DNA of 64,000 nt from an uncultured Verrucomicrobiae bacterium (GTDB taxonomy: Bacteria; Verrucomicrobiota; Verrucomicrobiia; Chthoniobacterales; UBA10450), in the NCBI GenBank assembly GCA_963735805.1, contig CAVTMK010000002.1, positions 576,001 to 640,000 of the forward strand, written 5' to 3'. Every line of letters starts with the position of its first letter. The stretch's first letter is position 1. The notes beneath the pieces are model-generated. The model was not told the origin of the DNA. It made no database searches and saw nothing but the letters and a program-made list of their open reading frames with translations. Below are positions 59,308 through 64,000 of this stretch, piece by piece. The position numbers were made by a program, and so were the translations under genes.

Positions 59308-60342
59308 ATGAAGCGCTCTGATTCGTCAAACTCCTTTGCAGCAAAAGATCGACAGAGCGAGATCCACCACATTCTGGCAATCCTGCACAAGTGGGGGATT
59401 CATACCCTGGGACAGCTGGCACTGTTGGGGAAGCAACAGCTCGGCGCGCGACTTGGCCCTGAAGCAGTCCGAATGTGGGAACGGGCGCATGGGCAATCGA
59501 ATCGTGTTCTTAAATTAATCCGGCCGCCGGAGTCGTTTGAGGAAGGCTTCGAATTTGAAAACGAAGTTGAAACTGTCGAGCCGCTTCTTTTTATCCTCCG
59601 TCGGTTTTTGGAGCAACTGGCCGTCCAGTTGAGCGGAATTTATCTCGTGGCAAAAGAATTGACTCTGCGAATTACGTTCGCGGATAAACAAATTTACCAG
59701 CGCATTTTCAAAATTCCGCAGCCGACCAACAATGTCGATCTTCTCTTCCGGATGCTGCATACGCATCTGGAGAATTTTAAATCGGAATATCCAATCGTTG
59801 CGGTCGCGCTGAGCGCGCGGCCGAGCAAGCCTGCGAGGGAACAATTCGGATTGTTTGAAACGACATTACGCAATCCGCATCAATTATCAGAAACGCTCGC
59901 ACGTTTGACCGCTTTTCTGGGTGCTGATCGAGTTGGCACTCCCGTCTTGGAAGAAACACATCGGCCTGACGCATTCCGGATGGAAACGTTTTCGTGGAAT
60001 TGGACTTCCACGGGGGGCAGGGAAGGGCGTCGCTCTGTGACGCCGGGCGTGCATCCGAAAACTCGAGAGAACCCCCTCCTTACATTACGCCTGGCGCTAC
60101 GCCGATTTCGCCCCGCTGTATCGACATCAGTCTTATGGGATGACGATGGACCCGCGCGCGTTCGCGGCGCAGATGTCCGCAGTAACATCATCGATCGGCG
60201 CGGTCCATTTTTGATTTCCGGAAACTGGTGGGACGAAAAATCGTGGGCGCACGCCGAATGGGATTTGCAACTGGAGGGTGGAGAACTGCTTCGGTGTCAC
60301 GAATCGGAGGCAACTTGGAGAATTGATGGGATTTATGATTGA
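59308..60342 (+). CDS. imuB: ImuB C-terminal half: thumb, little finger and C-terminal domain
   Basis: LHKWGIHTLGQL..L....L.ARLG, EPLLFILRRFLEQL, QFGLF clamp-binding-like motif, HRPDAF, GPFLISGNWW, GIYD. Confidence 0.78.
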   Translation: MKRSDSSNSFAAKDRQSEIHHILAILHKWGIHTLGQLALLGKQQLGARLGPEAVRMWERAHGQSNRVLKLIRPPESFEEGFEFENEVETVEPLLFILRRFLEQLAVQLSGIYLVAKELTLRITFADKQIYQRIFKIPQPTNNVDLLFRMLHTHLENFKSEYPIVAVALSARPSKPAREQFGLFETTLRNPHQLSETLARLTAFLGADRVGTPVLEETHRPDAFRMETFSWNWTSTGGREGRRSVTPGVHPKTRENPLLTLRLALRRFRPAVSTSVLWDDDGPARVRGADVRSNIIDRRGPFLISGNWWDEKSWAHAEWDLQLEGGELLRCHESEATWRIDGIYD

Positions 60343-60413
60343 GCAGGCCGTAATTCGAGATTCGAGAATCGTGAATTGCGGCCGAGGTAACGATTTAACA
60401 AATCACAACGGCA

Positions 60414-63400
60414 GTGAGCTACGTCGAACTTCGTGCCTGTAGCGCATTCAGTTTTTTGCGGGGCGGTTCGTTTCCCGAGCAATTAGCTGAGGTCGCTGCA
60501 GAACTGGAAATGCCGGCGATGGGTTTACTCGATCGCAACGGCGTTTACGGCGCGCAACGATTTTCTGTCACCGCACGCGAGCACAACCTGCGACCAATCA
60601 TTGGGTGCGAATTGTCGATGGAAGACGGTGCAGTTCTTCCCGTGCTGGTTGAAAACCGTCCGGGTTACAAAAATTTGTGCGAACTGCTAACCCAGGCGCA
60701 TTTGCGTAGCGAAAAAGGCAAATGTGCGGTGCGATGGAACGAGCTGTCGCAATTTGGCAAAGGACTCATCGCCTTGTTCAACGCCTCGTTTGCAAACTGT
60801 AGGACGTCTGTCTCAGGCCCCAATTTCCCCCCAAGTTGCAAAGTATGGAGTCGCGAGAACCCGACCGACATGAACCGGCAGATTGAAAAACCGAGCGAGC
60901 CGGAGCGAGTGAGTCAAACCCCGTGCAAATCTATCGAAAAACTAATCGAGGCGTTTGGTCGCAAAAATGTTTTCGTTGAACTTCAACGGCATTTCATTCG
61001 TGGCGAAGAACGCATCAATCGTGAATTGATCGATCTGGCACGAACACATCGATTATCGCTCCTCGCAACAAACGGGGTGAAATACGCGAAACCGTACGGA
61101 CGCGAAGTGCTGGATGTTTTCACCTGCATTCGCGAGTACACCCATCTGGATGCTGCTGGAAAATTGCTGACCCAAAACGCCGAGCGTCATCTGAAGAGCG
61201 ATCGGCAAATGCGGGCAATTTTCGCGGATTTACCGGAAGCAATTGAAAACACCTCGCATCTTGCCGAGCGGCTTAGGTTTTCGCTGGAAAATCTGGGATA
61301 CGAATTTCCTGAGTATCCGGTGCCCGCTGGTCACACGATGGATTCGTTTTTACGCACCATCGTGTGGTTTGGCGCGCAACAGCGTTACGCTGCGATCAGC
61401 GCGAAAGTGAAACGTCAACTCGAAGAGGAACTGGCGCTTATCACAAAACTCGGGTTTCCCGGCTATTTTTTGATTGTCTGGGACATCATCAATTTCTGTC
61501 GTGAACGCAACATCATGGTCCAGGGTCGTGGCAGCGCCGCCAACAGCGCGGTTTGTTTTTGTCTTGGGATTACGCCGGTTGATCCGGTGGAAAATCACCT
61601 CGTTTTCGAACGTTTCCTAAACGAGAGCCGCAAAGGCTGGCCTGACATCGACTTGGATCTTCCCAGTGGCGATCGGCGCGAAACGGTGATCCAGGAAATT
61701 TATCGCCGCTATGGCAAGCACGGCGCGGCGATGACAGCGAACGTGATCAGTTACCGCGGACGTAGCGCTGCTCGCGAGATCGGCAAGGCGCTCAATCTTT
61801 CGCCGAGTATCATTGATCGTTTTTCCCATCTTTTTGCCAGCGGCGATTTTCCGCACACGCTCGAACTCGAATCGCAAATCGAACAAGCTGGCTTGCCAAA
61901 AAACCATCCGCGCATGCCGGCATTCATCAGATTATATCGCGCGATTTATGGATTGCCGCGGCATCTCGGGCAGCATTCCGGCGGCATGATTATCTGCCAG
62001 AACAAACTCAGTTCGTTTGTGCCGCTGGAAAACGCCTCAATGCCGGGACGAGTGGTGGCGCAGTGGGACAAGGACGATTGCGAAGACCTCGGCATCGTGA
62101 AAGTGGACTTGTTAGGCCTGGGCATGATGTCGGTGATGCAGGATGCGTTTGAGCTATGCCGCGAACGCGGCCGGCCACTCGATCTGGCTCACATTCCGAA
62201 AGATGACCAGAAGACGTTTGAGATGATGCAGTGCGCAGACACGATCGGCGTTTTCCAAATTGAGAGCCGGGCACAAATGGCAACTCTGCCACGGATGAAG
62301 CCGAAATGTTTTTACGATGTGGTCATTGAAGTAGCGATTATTCGGCCGGGCCCCATCCAGGGCAACATGGTGCATCCCTATCTGGCGCGCCGGGGAAAAC
62401 GCGAGCCAGTGACTTATTTCGATGATCGATTGAAGCCGGTGCTTCAGCGGACCCTTGGCGTTCCATTGTTCCAGGAGCAAATGCTGAAGATTGCGATGGT
62501 AATGGCGGATTTTTCCGGCGACGAAGCGGAAGAGCTGCGACGCGCGTTGAGTTTCCATCGTTCGGAAGAACGGATGAACAAGGTGTGCGCAAAATTACGC
62601 ACTGCAATGGAACGCAAAGGCGTGGCACCTGACAAAATCGACAAAATTGTTCAGTCTATCTCATCGTTTGCCCTTTACGGATTTCCGGAATCGCATGCGA
62701 TCAGTTTCGCCATTCTGGCGTATGGGAGCGCCTATTTGAAAGTGCGTCGCGCACCGGAATTTTATGCTAGTCTGTTGAACAATCAGCCGATGGGTTTTTA
62801 CACGCCGGCGACGATTGTGAAAGACGCGCAGCGGCATGGGTTGAAGATCAAGCCGGTTTGTATTTCACAATCCGACTGGCGTTGCACAGTTGTCGATGAC
62901 AACACTGTACGGCTCGGGTTTTGTGTCGTGAACACATTACGCCAGGAACATGCTGAACAACTCGTTAGCCAACGGCAAAATCGACAATTTGATTCGCTGG
63001 AGGATTTCAAGCGTCGGGTGCCGCTTGCAAAAGACGAATTGCGTACATTAGCCGAACTTGGCGCACTCAATTGTTTTGCGGAGCATCGCCGCGCCGCCAT
63101 GTGGGAGGTGGAAGTGACGTTGCACGACGATTTGCTTACACATAAGCGGGGTCATCCTGAGCGAAGTGAAGGATCTCATCCACAAAGCGTTGGTTATGCT
63201 GGGAACAAAGAACGTTCGATCATCCTGTGTGAGCTCCGTCGCCCCGCTCGGCATGACTCGCCATTGAACCGCATGACTTTACCTGAGCGCGTGAAGGCCG
63301 ATTACGAAACCATGAACCTGACTACCGGTCCGCATCCGATGAAACTGTTGCGGGAAAGTTTGCCGAATATTTGGCCCGCAATCGATCTTTCACACGCGCG

Positions 63401-63686
63401 ACACGGTTCGATCATCCAAATTGCCGGCAACGTGATTTGCCGTCAGCGTCCTGGTACTGCGAAAGGGTTTGTTTTTATCAGCCTGGAAGATGAGACCGGT
63501 GTTTCCAATGCGATTGTCGAGCCAGATCTGTTCGAGCAGTTTCGGCTCGTGATTACGGAGGAAGCCTTTCTGCTCATCAAAGGCGAAGTGCAGAATTCGG
63601 ACAACGTGGTTTTGATCAAAGCCCGCGAGATTACACCGCTCTTGCACGAACAACTTTGCGGGAGCGAGTCACACGACTTCCACTAA
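60414..63686 (+). CDS. dnaE2: Error-prone DNA polymerase III alpha subunit
   Basis: PHP domain, GRGSAANS, PDIDLD, PRHLGQHSGG, QIESRAQM, RQRPGTAKG, C-terminal SHDFH. Confidence 0.95.
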   Translation: MSYVELRACSAFSFLRGGSFPEQLAEVAAELEMPAMGLLDRNGVYGAQRFSVTAREHNLRPIIGCELSMEDGAVLPVLVENRPGYKNLCELLTQAHLRSEKGKCAVRWNELSQFGKGLIALFNASFANCRTSVSGPNFPPSCKVWSRENPTDMNRQIEKPSEPERVSQTPCKSIEKLIEAFGRKNVFVELQRHFIRGEERINRELIDLARTHRLSLLATNGVKYAKPYGREVLDVFTCIREYTHLDAAGKLLTQNAERHLKSDRQMRAIFADLPEAIENTSHLAERLRFSLENLGYEFPEYPVPAGHTMDSFLRTIVWFGAQQRYAAISAKVKRQLEEELALITKLGFPGYFLIVWDIINFCRERNIMVQGRGSAANSAVCFCLGITPVDPVENHLVFERFLNESRKGWPDIDLDLPSGDRRETVIQEIYRRYGKHGAAMTANVISYRGRSAAREIGKALNLSPSIIDRFSHLFASGDFPHTLELESQIEQAGLPKNHPRMPAFIRLYRAIYGLPRHLGQHSGGMIICQNKLSSFVPLENASMPGRVVAQWDKDDCEDLGIVKVDLLGLGMMSVMQDAFELCRERGRPLDLAHIPKDDQKTFEMMQCADTIGVFQIESRAQMATLPRMKPKCFYDVVIEVAIIRPGPIQGNMVHPYLARRGKREPVTYFDDRLKPVLQRTLGVPLFQEQMLKIAMVMADFSGDEAEELRRALSFHRSEERMNKVCAKLRTAMERKGVAPDKIDKIVQSISSFALYGFPESHAISFAILAYGSAYLKVRRAPEFYASLLNNQPMGFYTPATIVKDAQRHGLKIKPVCISQSDWRCTVVDDNTVRLGFCVVNTLRQEHAEQLVSQRQNRQFDSLEDFKRRVPLAKDELRTLAELGALNCFAEHRRAAMWEVEVTLHDDLLTHKRGHPERSEGSHPQSVGYAGNKERSIILCELRRPARHDSPLNRMTLPERVKADYETMNLTTGPHPMKLLRESLPNIWPAIDLSHARHGSIIQIAGNVICRQRPGTAKGFVFISLEDETGVSNAIVEPDLFEQFRLVITEEAFLLIKGEVQNSDNVVLIKAREITPLLHEQLCGSESHDFH
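63151..63257. repeat. Family-A palindromic repeat lying in frame inside dnaE2
   Basis: GTCATCCTGAGCGAAGTGAAGGATCTC...CGCTCGGCATGAC, translated as GHPERSEGS...ARHD. Confidence 0.72.
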
Positions 63687-63734
63687 TCCGTTAAAGCATT
63701 GGTCGCTTCACCTGTTAAAGGTTTTAACGGTACT

Positions 63735-64000
63735 TCATTCGCCCGCGTGGTGCGGTTCGGGCGTTTTTGGTTCGGTCGGTTTTTCGACCGGTGTCTGATC
63801 CGTCTCGAGCCATTCGGTATGGAAAACGCCGGGCTTATCAATGCGTTCGTACGTGTGCGCACCAAAGAAATCGCGTTGTGCTTGCAAGAGGTTTGCCGGC
63901 AACCGAGCGGAGCGATAACTATCGAAGTAAGCGAGCGATGCGGAAAATGCGGGAATAGGGACGCCAAATTTGATGGCTGTCGTCACTGCGACGCGCCAGT
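63735..64000 (-). CDS. gnd: 6-phosphogluconate dehydrogenase, C-terminal part (runs off the window)
   Basis: [30 protein letters not shown]. Confidence 0.93.
   Translation of the reverse strand, partial: WRVAVTTAIKFGVPIPAFSASLAYFDSYRSARLPANLLQAQRDFFGAHTYERIDKPGVFHTEWLETDQTPVEKPTEPKTPEPHHAGE

Noticed and set aside
63688..63730. CCGTTAAA...TTTAACGG between dnaE2 and gnd as a terminator
   Set aside because: Only an 8-bp AT-rich stem with a long loop and no U-tract; too weak to call.

Overview
A 64-kb bacterial chromosomal segment of moderately high GC content. Its gene content, the TGTTC-N4-GAACA SOS boxes and the expanded TolB/TPR and Pro/Thr-tailed protein families suggest a soil verrucomicrobium (Chthoniobacterales/'Ca. 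Udaeobacter'-like); this taxonomy is inferred. 1-13 kb holds TolB-like/TPR signalling proteins and catabolic enzymes. 13-19 kb is a minus-strand cluster of an HD protein, a nucleotidyltransferase pair, a fungal-type single-chain homoaconitase and an isocitrate/isopropylmalate-family dehydrogenase. An opposite-strand ORF6N gene interrupts it and carries, and is flanked by, a GTCGCA-N3-TGCGAC palindrome. 19.5-32 kb holds four tandem secreted PQQ-like beta-propeller proteins with Pro/Thr stalks and an Arg/Pro tail (the last fused to a blue-copper cupredoxin). They converge on a pqqABCDE operon whose 29-aa pqqA (ECTCY core) is missing from the ORF track. 33-64 kb is mostly housekeeping (rplM/rpsI, proS, tRNA-Tyr, ileS, lspA, cca, rplU/rpmA, fmt, pyrH, frr, lptF/G, dinG-like, gnd). 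Within it, the SOS mutasome is split over two loci about 20 kb apart: lexA-imuA-imuB(N-half) and imuB(C-half)-dnaE2. The two ImuB halves are complementary and each locus has an identical LexA box. REP-like palindromes are abundant, and several lie in frame inside genes. All calls come from motif reading by eye; no database searches were run.
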